Shown: positions 27,434-36,839 of the stretch, in pieces
How positions within the stretch are numbered: the stretch's first letter is position 1
Layout: every line of letters starts with the position of its first letter
NCBI GenBank assembly: GCA_030059665.1
Contig: JANVYR010000001.1
Span: forward strand, 256,001 to 320,000
Reading direction: 5' to 3'
DNA length: 64,000 nucleotides
Source: Candidatus Calditenuis fumarioli
GTDB taxonomy: Archaea > Thermoproteota > Nitrososphaeria_A > Caldarchaeales > Calditenuaceae
Made by a program: the position numbers and the translations under genes
Notes under the pieces: model-generated
Database searches by the model: none
What the model was told of the DNA's origin: nothing
What the model saw: the letters and a program-made list of their open reading frames with translations, nothing else

Positions 27434-28024
27434 CTACCGGGAGGCGAGCGCTATCCTCTCCTGCTCGACCTTCTTCTTGATCGCGTAGCTCCTCACGTCG
27501 TTGGAGGCGGCCGCGATGATCTCGTCGGCGAGCGCCTCGTCGATAGTCCTCACGTTCCTGAAGGAGCTGAGCCGGGCCCCCTCTGCCAGCCACCGGAGGG
27601 CCAGGTCGAGCCTCCTCTGGGGAGAGATATCGACGGCCTTGAAGTAGGTGATCCCTCCGTAGGTCACCCTCGTGGTGTCCTCCCGCGGCGCGGCGTTCTC
27701 TATCGCCCTCACCAGGACCTGGATCGGGTTCTCCCCAGTCCGGAGCTGGATGATGTGGAGCGCGTTCAGGACTGCCCTCAGCGCCTTCTGCTTCTTGCCC
27801 CCGTTCTTCCCCGGCCTCATCAGCATGTTGGCGAGCCTCTCGACGACGTTCACTTTCGCTTTCCCGAAGCGCCGGTGCTCGTGCCTCCCTCCGCTGTGTG
27901 GCAGCACGATGGGTGAGAGCGCTATGTACGCCCTCAGCCCAGGGTCCCTCACCTCGACCTGCGAGAGGTCCCACTGGTGGAACAGCCTGAGCGGCGGCAG
28001 CCTCACCTCTTCCTCCTGCGCCAA
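27434..28024 (-). CDS. rps7: 30S ribosomal protein uS7
   Basis: [43 protein letters not shown]. Confidence 0.97.
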   Translation of the reverse strand: MAQEEEVRLPPLRLFHQWDLSQVEVRDPGLRAYIALSPIVLPHSGGRHEHRRFGKAKVNVVERLANMLMRPGKNGGKKQKALRAVLNALHIIQLRTGENPIQVLVRAIENAAPREDTTRVTYGGITYFKAVDISPQRRLDLALRWLAEGARLSSFRNVRTIDEALADEIIAAASNDVRSYAIKKKVEQERIALASR

Positions 28025-28129
28025 CCCGGAGCATTCCTGAGGCCCCGTTATGTAAACCTGAGCGGACGGGGGAGGGGAACGCTGGGAGGACCGTCACGGT
28101 TAATGAGGCGGCGCGAGCTTTCGGTCTTG

Positions 28130-28204
28130 GGGCCCGTGGCCTAGCCTGGATAAGGCGGCGGCCTCCTAAGCCGCAGATCCCCGGTTCAAATCCGGGCGGG
28201 CCCG
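28130..28204 (+). tRNA. tRNA-Arg(CCT), intron-less, CCA not encoded
   Basis: Acceptor GGGCCCG/CGGGCCC, anticodon stem GCGGC/GCCGC with loop CT-CCT-AA, T-arm CCCGG-TTCAAAT-CCGGG. Confidence 0.97.
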
Positions 28205-28470
28205 TGGGTATCTAATGGCAATTCGCAGGGAATGAGGGAGCGGATTTTGAAGTTTGTAACGACGCGACCGCAGATGGTGTGCCCACTCTCCAGCGCCGAT
28301 CAGATGGATTCGGGGCCGTCTACAGCTCCATTGATAATAGAATACCGTTATTCGGCCCGACTTTCGACAATCCGTCGTCTTCGCTTTGGCAATCCGCAAG
28401 GGCGATTACATGCTCCTTCCCCATCTGAGGCCCTCAAACGGAAAACGCAATATGACGCCAATGGAGGCCG

Positions 28471-29379
28471 GTGGCGTTGAGGACGCTGATCGGGTCGGGC
28501 GCCGTCGAATCGCTAGAAGCCTGGCACGAGGCTGACGCCATCAAGGTCAGGGTGAGGCTCAGGTCCGGAGTTCACGTGAACTCGGTCACCACCGGTCTCC
28601 TACGCTACATGTTCGGCGGGTATCTCGATCCGTTCACGTTCACAATGCAGCACACGGAGGTGGATTTCCTCGAGGTCGAGCAATCGAATCCGATTACAGC
28701 GCGGAGCGGCGAGCTGGAGCTCGCTATCCCTGCCGGGCGAGTAGCGCGAGGGATGCTGTGGGAGTACGAGACGATGGGGACTATAGTGGCCCCTGGGTTG
28801 AAGGTTGACCTCAAGGGAAGGCCTGACGTAGTGGTGATGCTGATGAGACCTCCAGGGCCTGACGCTCGCATCGTTGCAGACAAGAGCAGGCTAACGGCGT
28901 CGTCCGGTGACGGGTGGGCGTTCGCCGGGTTGGAGAGCTCCCCGAGCGGCGGGCTGAGGATCGAGGTCACCTCGGGTGGTCGCGGCTTCAGCGGGGTCAA
29001 GGTGGAGGTCAGGAGGAGCGTCGAGTGGTGCCCGATGTACACGACGATGTTGAACGAGATCTCCCAGGTGGAGAAGATCGCCTCCTTCGAGCCCGGCAGC
29101 CCGGGTGTAGTCGAGTGGCGCCCCGATTACCCCGTGTACGAGCCCTTCCTGGCGGCGCTCTCAACCCAGCCGAGTTACGACGAGATCCTGAGGTTGCTGG
29201 ACATGATGGGCATCGAGGCCCGGCGCGACCTCTTCCGGATGATGATAGTTCTGGGTAGGCCCCACTACGTCCTCGCGGACCTGAAGCCGGTTAGGACGAA
29301 GCTGAGGGTCTGCATGAGCAGGCGTCTGAGGAGGGACGTCGTCGACGAGACCGAGCTCCGGCTTGAGGGCCTGGAGTAG
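28471..29379 (+). CDS. Hypothetical protein (302 aa)
   Basis: Long ORF with host-like codons; no motif recognised. Confidence 0.7.
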   Translation: MALRTLIGSGAVESLEAWHEADAIKVRVRLRSGVHVNSVTTGLLRYMFGGYLDPFTFTMQHTEVDFLEVEQSNPITARSGELELAIPAGRVARGMLWEYETMGTIVAPGLKVDLKGRPDVVVMLMRPPGPDARIVADKSRLTASSGDGWAFAGLESSPSGGLRIEVTSGGRGFSGVKVEVRRSVEWCPMYTTMLNEISQVEKIASFEPGSPGVVEWRPDYPVYEPFLAALSTQPSYDEILRLLDMMGIEARRDLFRMMIVLGRPHYVLADLKPVRTKLRVCMSRRLRRDVVDETELRLEGLE

Positions 29380-29402
29380 CAGGAGCCCGTGGATCCTCTT
29401 AT

Positions 29403-30560
29403 TTGCGTCCATCGCAACCGATGCTGGAGGGGATAGCGACCAGTGCGGTCTGCGGAACCACCTCCGCCCTGATATCGAGGTCGATAGGCGTCTGCAAGAG
29501 GTGCCTCGTCGAGTCGGAGAAGGGGCTCGAGGTGGCCATCTCCAACCACAGGCGCTTACGTTCGGAGTTCGGGCTCCCTCCTGAACCTCCGAGGACGAAG
29601 GGAGGGCTGCCGTGCAACCTCTGCGCCGCGAACTGCGTGATCGGTGAGGGCGAGGCTGGTTACTGCGGCATCAGGGGTGTCGGGAACGGAAGGCTCTGGA
29701 GCCTCTCGACGACGGAGCAGGGCCTCCTCCACTACTACCTCGACCCTCACGTGACCAACTGCTGCAACGCCTGGTGGTGCCCCGCTGCCACGGGTTGCGG
29801 CTACCCGAGGTACGCGGTCACCAGCGGTCCCGAGGTCGGACACTTCAATCTCGCGCTGTTCTTCTACGGTTGCTCCTTCAACTGCCTCTTCTGCCAGAAC
29901 TGGACCCACAAGGTACTGAGCTGCGGTAAGCGCGTTTCCGCCAGGGAGCTCGTCGAGCTCACCCTCTCGAACCCAAGGATCACCTGCTGGTGCTGGTTCG
30001 GTTGGTCGCCAGAGCCGCAGCTGCCGTTCGCGCTGAACGCGTCGAGGCTCCTGGTCGAGTCGAAGGGAGAACGGGTCTGTAGGATTTGCTGGGAGTGGAA
30101 CGGCGACGGACATCCCGCGCTGGTCAGGAGGGCGGCCGAGCTGTCGCAGGTTACGTGCGGGAACGTGAAGTTCGACCTGAAGGCGTTCGACGGGAGGGTG
30201 CACGTGGCCCTGACTGGGATGAGCAACAGGCGGACGCTGGAGAACTTTGAGCTGGTCTGCAGGGAGTTCTTCGACGCCCGGCCCGAACCTCCGGTTCTCG
30301 GCGCCACCACGCTCCTGGTGCCGCACTACGTAGACGCCGAGGAGGTCTCGAGGATAGCGGAGTTCATCGCGAGCATCGACGACCGCATCCCCTACAGCCT
30401 ACTGGTCTTCCACCCAGACTTCAGGATGGACGACGTCCCCGTGACGCCGGAGAGGCAGGTCTGGGAGTGCTACAGGGCTGCGCGGAGGCACCTCAAGAGG
30501 GTGAACGTTGGGAACCTGCACCTGCTCTATTGGCCGGCAGGGATTCGCCCGCTGGCGTGA
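29403..30560 (+). CDS. Radical SAM protein, PFL-activase/AmmeMemoRadiSAM-like
   Basis: CSFNCLFC (Cx3Cx2C), N-terminal Cys pairs, VKFDLKA, LVFHPDF. Confidence 0.88.
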   Translation: MRPSQPMLEGIATSAVCGTTSALISRSIGVCKRCLVESEKGLEVAISNHRRLRSEFGLPPEPPRTKGGLPCNLCAANCVIGEGEAGYCGIRGVGNGRLWSLSTTEQGLLHYYLDPHVTNCCNAWWCPAATGCGYPRYAVTSGPEVGHFNLALFFYGCSFNCLFCQNWTHKVLSCGKRVSARELVELTLSNPRITCWCWFGWSPEPQLPFALNASRLLVESKGERVCRICWEWNGDGHPALVRRAAELSQVTCGNVKFDLKAFDGRVHVALTGMSNRRTLENFELVCREFFDARPEPPVLGATTLLVPHYVDAEEVSRIAEFIASIDDRIPYSLLVFHPDFRMDDVPVTPERQVWECYRAARRHLKRVNVGNLHLLYWPAGIRPLA

Positions 30561-30607
30561 TCATCAAAGATATCCTGATATTATGCGAATTCTCGCGACA
30601 TATCTGG

Positions 30608-31102
30608 ATGAGGTGGTTCTTCGGACCGGGACCGTGGCACGGGTTCAGGTGGATCACACGGGGGGACATGAGGATACTGGTCCTGGAGGCGCTCGCCGAC
30701 GGACCGAAGAGGGGGTACGAGGTGATCAAGGCCATCAGGGACAGGTTCCACGGCCTTTACTCGCCCAGTCCCGGAGCGGTCTACCCGACGCTTCAGCTCC
30801 TGGAGGACGAGGGGCTCGTGGCGTCTGAGGTCCTGGACGGCAAGAGGGTCTACCGGATAACGGACGAGGGCAGGAGGTTCCTCGAGGAGCGGAAGGACAG
30901 GGCGCGGGAGCTGCTCGAGAAGGGAAGGAAGGTGATGGGCGCGGAGGCCGCTGAGCTGATGGACGCCGCGCGCTCGCTGGCATTGACGGTCTTCCAAGCC
31001 TACGCGACGCTTCCGCCGGAGAGGTTGCTCGAGGTGGCGGAGGTCCTGAGGGAGGCGAGGGTCAAGGTCCTGAGGGTGATAGGAGGGGGAGGGAGCGGTT
31101 GA
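30608..31102 (+). CDS. PadR-family transcriptional regulator
   Basis: GYEVIKAI...PSPGAVYPTLQLLEDEGLV...KRVYRITDEG; start re-assigned to ATG 30608. Confidence 0.92.
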   Translation: MRWFFGPGPWHGFRWITRGDMRILVLEALADGPKRGYEVIKAIRDRFHGLYSPSPGAVYPTLQLLEDEGLVASEVLDGKRVYRITDEGRRFLEERKDRARELLEKGRKVMGAEAAELMDAARSLALTVFQAYATLPPERLLEVAEVLREARVKVLRVIGGGGSG

Positions 31103-32094
31103 GGGCGATAGAGGCGGAGGGCCTCAGGAAGGTCTTCGGGAGAGTGGTGGCGCTCGACGGCGTCTCCTTCACCGTCGAGGAGGGGGAGGTCTTCGGGCTC
31201 CTCGGCCCCAACGGCGCCGGGAAGACCACGACCATCAGCATCCTCACCACCCTGATCAGGCCGACCTCCGGATCGGCTAGGGTCTGGGGCTACGACGTCA
31301 GGACCGAGACCTCCAAGGTGAGGAGCGTGATAGGCCTTGTACCCCAAGACCTGACGGTGGACGACGAGCTCACCGGGCTCGAGAACCTGAGGCTGATGGC
31401 CGCGCTCTACCACGTCCCCAAGGACGTCGCGGAGCGGAGGATCGAGGAGGTCCTGGAGCTGGTGGACCTCAAGGAGGCAGCGGGGAGGAGGGTCGAGACC
31501 TACTCGGGAGGGATGAGGAAGAGGCTTGAGCTGGCGGCAGCGCTCGTCCACAGACCCAAGGTCCTCTTCCTCGATGAGCCGACGCTCGGGCTCGACGTGC
31601 AGACCAGGGCCCACATCTGGGACTACATCAGGAGGCTGGTGAGGGAAGAGCAGCTGACGGTGCTGATGACGACGCACTACATGGACGAGGCCGACGCCAA
31701 CTGCGACCGGATAGCCGTCATCGATCGGGGGAGGATCATGGCCATAGGAACCCCGAGGGAGCTGAAGGTGAAGCACGGGTCCGACGTGATAGAGCTGGAG
31801 GTGCAGGGCGACGGCTTTGACCTGCAGAACCTGGTGAAGGGCGTGGAAGGCGTGACGGACGTCCGCGTCTCGGGCAACAGGATCTCGGTCAGGGTCGTCA
31901 GGGGCGAGGAGGTGCTGCCGGAGCTGATGCGGAGGATGATCTCGAGCGGCCTATCGGTGAGCAGGATCGAGATGAGGAGGCCGACGCTCGACGAGGTCTT
32001 CATCGCGCTCACGGGCCGCAGCATCAGGGAGGAGCAGGGGAGCTGGGAGGAGGTCTTCAGGCAGTCGATGAACGTCAGGAGGGTGAGGGCTTGA
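31099..32094 (+). CDS. ABC-2 exporter ATP-binding subunit (DrrA-like)
   Basis: GPNGAGKTT, YSGGMRKRL, DEPTLGLD, TTHYMDEA. Confidence 0.93.
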   Translation: MRAIEAEGLRKVFGRVVALDGVSFTVEEGEVFGLLGPNGAGKTTTISILTTLIRPTSGSARVWGYDVRTETSKVRSVIGLVPQDLTVDDELTGLENLRLMAALYHVPKDVAERRIEEVLELVDLKEAAGRRVETYSGGMRKRLELAAALVHRPKVLFLDEPTLGLDVQTRAHIWDYIRRLVREEQLTVLMTTHYMDEADANCDRIAVIDRGRIMAIGTPRELKVKHGSDVIELEVQGDGFDLQNLVKGVEGVTDVRVSGNRISVRVVRGEEVLPELMRRMISSGLSVSRIEMRRPTLDEVFIALTGRSIREEQGSWEEVFRQSMNVRRVRA

Positions 32095-32957
32095 TGGGCG
32101 AGGTATCCGCGATAATGGGGAGGGAGCTCCGGAAGTGGGTGAGGTCACCGCCACTGCTGGTGATGGCCCTCGTCCAGCCCCTCTTCTGGATGGGCCTCTA
32201 CGGCAAGGCCTTCAACCTCACGGGCCTCTTCTCGGTCCCCGAGGACGTGCTGAGAACGCTTCCGCCCGAGTCGACGAAGGTGGTGGCGGAGCTCTTCAAC
32301 AGCATGGCCGTCCGCCTCTTCGGATCTCCTGGGACGGATTACTTCTCCTTCGTCGCGATCGGGATGACCTCGGTCATCGTGCTCTTCGTCTCAGTCTTCA
32401 GCGGGATGTCCATCGCCTGGGACAGGAGGCTCGGCTTCCTGAACAAGCTGCTGGTGGCGCCGATCAGGAGGTCCTCGATCGTGATGGGGAAGGTCCTGGC
32501 GTCCTCTGTGAGGGCATTCATCCAGTCGTCGATGGTGCTGCTCATGGGGCTCGCTCTGGGCATGAAGCTGTCTCCGGCCTCGCCGTTGCTCGTCGCAGGG
32601 GCCCTCGCCTCGATCTTCCTCCTCGCGATCTCGCTCTCATCTCTGGTCATAGCCATCACGCTCAGGCTCCGGAGCTGGGAGTACCACATGGCGGTCGCGA
32701 ACCTGCTGAACCTCCCGCTGATGTTCACCAGCACGGCCCTGTACCCGCTGAACCTGATGCCCGATTGGATGAGACCGCTCGCCACGATCAACCCGCTGAC
32801 GCACACAATCGAGCTCCTCAGGGGCGCGCTGCTGTACGGTAACTCCCTGGACATCGCCGCGTATCAGTTCCACCTGGCATACCTCGCGGCCTTCGCACTG
32901 CTGGCAGCCGGCCTCGGCTCCTACCTCGCCAACAGGTACCTGACCGCGGAGAGGTGA
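32091..32957 (+). CDS. ABC-2 exporter permease
   Basis: DRRLGFLNKLLVAP, NLPLMFTSTALYP, INPLTH. Confidence 0.92.
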   Translation: MMGEVSAIMGRELRKWVRSPPLLVMALVQPLFWMGLYGKAFNLTGLFSVPEDVLRTLPPESTKVVAELFNSMAVRLFGSPGTDYFSFVAIGMTSVIVLFVSVFSGMSIAWDRRLGFLNKLLVAPIRRSSIVMGKVLASSVRAFIQSSMVLLMGLALGMKLSPASPLLVAGALASIFLLAISLSSLVIAITLRLRSWEYHMAVANLLNLPLMFTSTALYPLNLMPDWMRPLATINPLTHTIELLRGALLYGNSLDIAAYQFHLAYLAAFALLAAGLGSYLANRYLTAER

Positions 32958-32958
32958 G

Positions 32959-33876
32959 TCACCCCAGACCTCCGAGAACCCTCTCGATGACCTCGGCCTT
33001 GGAGAAGGGCGCCAAATCCCTCAGGTCCTGGCCGGTGCCGACGAAGAGGATGGGCTTCCGCGTCGCGTAGCAAAGGGATATCGCGGTCCCTCCCTTCACG
33101 TCGCTGTCGAGCTTCGTGAGCACGACGTAGTCCACACCCACGTAGGCGTCGAACTGCCTCACCTGCTCCACCGCGGCGTTCCCGGTCAGCGCGTCTCCGA
33201 CGTAGATCACCCTCTTGGGCATGGCGACCCGCTTGATCTTCCTCATCTCCTCGAGGAGGTTCCTGTTCAGCTCGGACCGTCCCGCGGTGTCTATGAGGAC
33301 GACGTGGGCCCTGCTAGACCTGGCCGATGCGATGGCGTCGACCGCAACGGCCGCTGGGTCCGCGCCGTACCGCTGGCTGACGCACCTCACCCCAACCCTC
33401 TCCGCGAGGGTCCGCATCTGCTCGATCGCCGCCGCCCTGAAGGTGTCTGAGCAGGCGATCACCGGTGTCAGGCCGGATTCCTTCAGGAAGAGGGCCAGCT
33501 TCGCGACGGTCGTGGTCTTGCCGCCTCCGTTGGGGCCGACGAAGAGCACGGGGTACGGCTCGCCGGTCGAGGAGTGGTAGGCCTCGATCTCCCTGACCAG
33601 GGCCTTCGGGTCACCCTCGATCAGCGTCTCCTCCAGGGCTTTCCTGAGCGCATCCACGACGACGCTCCTCCTGTCCGAGAACCTCGCCACCCTCTTTCCC
33701 CTCAGGGCCTCAATCACCTTCTCCGTCAGGAACTCGGAAGCCTCCACGGAGACCTCGTTCGCTATCAGGGCGATCCTGAACTCCTCGAGCAGTTCACCGA
33801 GCTTCTGGTCCGTGAGCTCCTCAGTCGCGACCGATTCGACCAGGCCCCTGAAGGCCCTTCTCAGACCCTCGAGCAA
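32959..33876 (-). CDS. ftsY: SRP receptor FtsY
   Basis: GPNGGGKTTT, DTFRAAA, DTAGR, TKLD, GTGQ. Confidence 0.95.
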   Translation of the reverse strand: MLEGLRRAFRGLVESVATEELTDQKLGELLEEFRIALIANEVSVEASEFLTEKVIEALRGKRVARFSDRRSVVVDALRKALEETLIEGDPKALVREIEAYHSSTGEPYPVLFVGPNGGGKTTTVAKLALFLKESGLTPVIACSDTFRAAAIEQMRTLAERVGVRCVSQRYGADPAAVAVDAIASARSSRAHVVLIDTAGRSELNRNLLEEMRKIKRVAMPKRVIYVGDALTGNAAVEQVRQFDAYVGVDYVVLTKLDSDVKGGTAISLCYATRKPILFVGTGQDLRDLAPFSKAEVIERVLGGLG

Positions 33877-34085
33877 AGCAGACCCGCCTTGTCGAAGTGA
33901 ATAGGGCCGTAATCAAGGTGACAACTGCGGTGCGGTGAACCTTCCTTCCCTCCTCACCGGTTACAGCTCTCCCGGTTGATCAGCCGATGGTCCTCGCTCG
34001 ACCGCTCTCAGATGATCGATGTGGAATTGCCGGTGAAGGGCTCAGAGGGTAATGCGCTCCGAGGCGCGTGCAGCTCCCTGACCGT

Positions 34086-34565
34086 TCACCCGCCTCCCAC
34101 CCCGGCCCCTCCCTCCCCGGATTCCCTCGCGGCAGCGACCGCCTCCTGAACCCTCTGGAGGAAGGCGCGCAAGAGCTCGGCCCTCTCGAGGTAGGCGTTG
34201 AGCGTCTGGACCAGCTGCGACCTGGACCTCTCGATGAGGGCCTTCCTGCTGCTCACGATCTCCCTGCACCTCTCGACGGGCGCCTCGATCACCACGTTCT
34301 GGCCTATGTTCACCTTCATCCTGCCGGAGAACCTGATCTCGGCCTCGACGAGCCCTCCGCCGCCGATCGGGACGAGCACCTTTAGCTCGCTGGGGTTGCT
34401 CGAGAGGTAATCGATCACCTCGAGGGCCCTCTCGTGGTCGAGGATCGAGGCGTTCAGCGCGGTTATCCTCGCCTGGAGGTCGACTATCGCCTGCTCCAGT
34501 ATCGCCAGCTCCTCCGCAGCTCGCTGGACGTCCTCGTACGTTATCCGCACCTGTCGCCCAGACAT
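34086..34565 (-). CDS. pfdA: Prefoldin alpha subunit
   Basis: Two coiled coils flanking VLVPIGGG and VNIGQNV hairpins. Confidence 0.92.
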   Translation of the reverse strand: MSGRQVRITYEDVQRAAEELAILEQAIVDLQARITALNASILDHERALEVIDYLSSNPSELKVLVPIGGGGLVEAEIRFSGRMKVNIGQNVVIEAPVERCREIVSSRKALIERSRSQLVQTLNAYLERAELLRAFLQRVQEAVAAARESGEGGAGVGGG

Positions 34566-34659
34566 TCCCCGTTCGCTGGGGCTACCACCGCATCCTCTAT
34601 TAGCTTATCGCCCGTCAGCGGCAAAAGGGAATTTCGGACGCCCCTCTCACGCAGGTCGG

Positions 34660-35355
34660 ATGGGGATAGAGGAGCTGAAGCGATTGCTGGACGAGGTGCT
34701 CGCGTCGATGCCTGAGCTTAGGGAGCTCGGCGACCGGTGCCTGTCGTCGAGGAGGTGGGGTGGGAGCGCGGTGCTGATGGTGGTGGACGCGGCCTTCACC
34801 TCGATCGGGATGTCCTACTTCAGGAGCGTGGTCCCGGCCGTGATCAGGTTCAAGGAGCTCTTCGTCGACACCGGCAGGGTCTCCTCCCTCCTCGAGCTGG
34901 CCTCGATGGAGTCCGACGAGCTGCGAACGGTTTGGAGGAACAGGAGGTCGTGGAGCGTGGCTCGGGAGGTGGCACGTCGGCTCATCTCCTTCGACGGCGA
35001 GGACGACGTTCGGCGCCTCAGGACCTGGGCACTCGGCAGCGATCTGGAAAACTGGCGGGCGGATCCGATCGGCTCGATCAAGGGCGTGGGCCTCGTCACG
35101 TACCAGTACCTCAGGATGATGGGCGGCGTGGATACGGTGATGCCGGACAAGGTGGTGAAGCGGGTGATCAACTCGCTCCTTCGCCAAGCAGGCCTGAACG
35201 AGGTCTGGGACGACCTGGGTTTCGTGAGGGAGGTGGAGAGGCTGGCGGTCCTCACCGGACACAGGCCCGTGGAGCTGACCTGGATGACCTGGCTCCTCAC
35301 GGAGCGGAGGCTGATGGGCGAGCCGAGCTACTCGCGTCTCATCCACCTGATCTGA
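34660..35355 (+). CDS. HhH-GPD-superfamily protein (DNA glycosylase-like)
   Basis: IKGVGLVT helix-hairpin-helix followed by VMPD. Confidence 0.65.
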   Translation: MGIEELKRLLDEVLASMPELRELGDRCLSSRRWGGSAVLMVVDAAFTSIGMSYFRSVVPAVIRFKELFVDTGRVSSLLELASMESDELRTVWRNRRSWSVAREVARRLISFDGEDDVRRLRTWALGSDLENWRADPIGSIKGVGLVTYQYLRMMGGVDTVMPDKVVKRVINSLLRQAGLNEVWDDLGFVREVERLAVLTGHRPVELTWMTWLLTERRLMGEPSYSRLIHLI

Positions 35356-35402
35356 TGTACATCGCCGCGTATCCGCTACGCTGGCCAATTCACTTATACG
35401 GG

Positions 35403-36839
35403 ATGATTCGAGTTTTGGGCGAAGGTGAGTCGCTCTTGAGCAGGTCCGGATGGCTCGTCCCGGTCGCGCTGCTCCTCCTGCTCTCCTTAACACTTCACCA
35501 GGTCGACGCGATCACCTACAACTCGCTGATCGACGACGGCAAGCTTTCCATCACGTTCAACTATCCGAGCGAGGTGAAGAGGGGGACGTGCTTCAACGTC
35601 CGGGTCGAGGCGAACGCTCTCGTTGCGGTCACAGACCTCAACGTCACGGTCTCCATCGAGCTGAGGTCAGGCCCCTCGGTCTACGTCCTCTTCTCGGGGA
35701 AGGTCGTCGACGACTGGAGCGGAGGTCCGGGACCGGTGACCAACAACGTCGTGGGAGCCTGCGTCTCCAGCTCCCATCCCGTCGGGATCGTGATCCTCAG
35801 GACCTCCATCGAGTACGATCTCGGGTCGGATAGGCTCACGCTCGATAACTCGTTTCTGATGGCGAGCGTCCGGGACACGACCTACGACGAGCTGGCTGCG
35901 CTCTACTCGGCGGCTCAGTCAGAGATCTCAAGGCTCAGGGCGGCGATGGGCGAGATGGGGCGTGAGATCGATAGGCTCAGGGCGCAGGTCTCGGACCTCA
36001 TGTCGCAGGTCTCCGTGCTGAGCGATAGGCTAGAGCAGATGAGGACGAGGTACGACGAGCTTCAGTCCGCATACAACGCGCTCCTCGCGCAGTTCAGGGA
36101 CCTACAGGACAGGTACGTGAGGCTCCAGCAGGAGCACGAGAGGTTATCGAGGGACTACGCGGCCCTTCAGGCGAGGGAGTCGGACCTCAGGGGAGCCTAT
36201 GCGGGGCTCCAAAAGGAGCTCGATGCGCTCAGGTCGGAGTACGCTGAGCTCCAGAAGCGGCACGCAGCGCTCAACGCGCTCCACGACGACCTGAGGAAGA
36301 GATTCGAGGAGCTGAACTCGGCGTATCAGGACGCGGTGCGGCAAATCGGCTCCCTCTCGGGCGCTCTCGAGGAGAGGGGTAGGCAGATGGAGGTCCTCAC
36401 GGCGATGCTGGACAACGCGCTGAGGGAGAGGAACGTCTTCAGCAACATAGTCATCGCGCAGGCGCTCGGCCTCGGCGGACTCGGTGCCCTTTACATGATC
36501 GAGAGGAGGAGATTGAGGAGGCCCGGGTCGTCCCAAGCTGCGCCGGGCGTGGAGGCGCCTGAGGGCGGTTCCGGGGCACCACCGACCCCGTCACCTGAGC
36601 TGGCGAACATCGGGCCCGATGAGAACAGGCAGGATAACGGGAACGGCGGCATGGTCCAGAGGGTGATCTCGGGGAGGAGGATCACCATACCGAAGAAGGT
36701 CGCGGAGCTTCTGGGGATAGAGGTGGGTGACCCGGTGGAGCTGGGCGTGGTGGGCGACGCGATCTTCGTCAGGAAGCTTGCGAGGCGAGGAGACGGTCCA
36801 CCTCCATCTGAGCCTGACGGACCTTCTCGACGCTCCTGA
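35403..36839 (+). CDS. Secreted domain + coiled coil + TM + C-terminal AbrB-like domain protein
   Basis: Signal peptide (WLVPVALLLLLSLTL..VDA), beta-rich domain, about 190-aa heptad stalk, TM followed by ERRRLRR, then GRRITIPKKVAELLGIEVGDPVEL. Confidence 0.8.
   Translation: MIRVLGEGESLLSRSGWLVPVALLLLLSLTLHQVDAITYNSLIDDGKLSITFNYPSEVKRGTCFNVRVEANALVAVTDLNVTVSIELRSGPSVYVLFSGKVVDDWSGGPGPVTNNVVGACVSSSHPVGIVILRTSIEYDLGSDRLTLDNSFLMASVRDTTYDELAALYSAAQSEISRLRAAMGEMGREIDRLRAQVSDLMSQVSVLSDRLEQMRTRYDELQSAYNALLAQFRDLQDRYVRLQQEHERLSRDYAALQARESDLRGAYAGLQKELDALRSEYAELQKRHAALNALHDDLRKRFEELNSAYQDAVRQIGSLSGALEERGRQMEVLTAMLDNALRERNVFSNIVIAQALGLGGLGALYMIERRRLRRPGSSQAAPGVEAPEGGSGAPPTPSPELANIGPDENRQDNGNGGMVQRVISGRRITIPKKVAELLGIEVGDPVELGVVGDAIFVRKLARRGDGPPPSEPDGPSRRS

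Noticed and set aside
28166-28399. Minus-strand ORF with PHSLR running into tRNA-Arg (integrase fragment?)
   Set aside because: No other tyrosine recombinase motifs; an N-terminal fragment ending in att would not carry the HxxR motif; likely chance
34737-35402. 5' extension making a 700-aa ORF
   Set aside because: Alternate frame of the HhH gene; the signal peptide marks the true start near 35403
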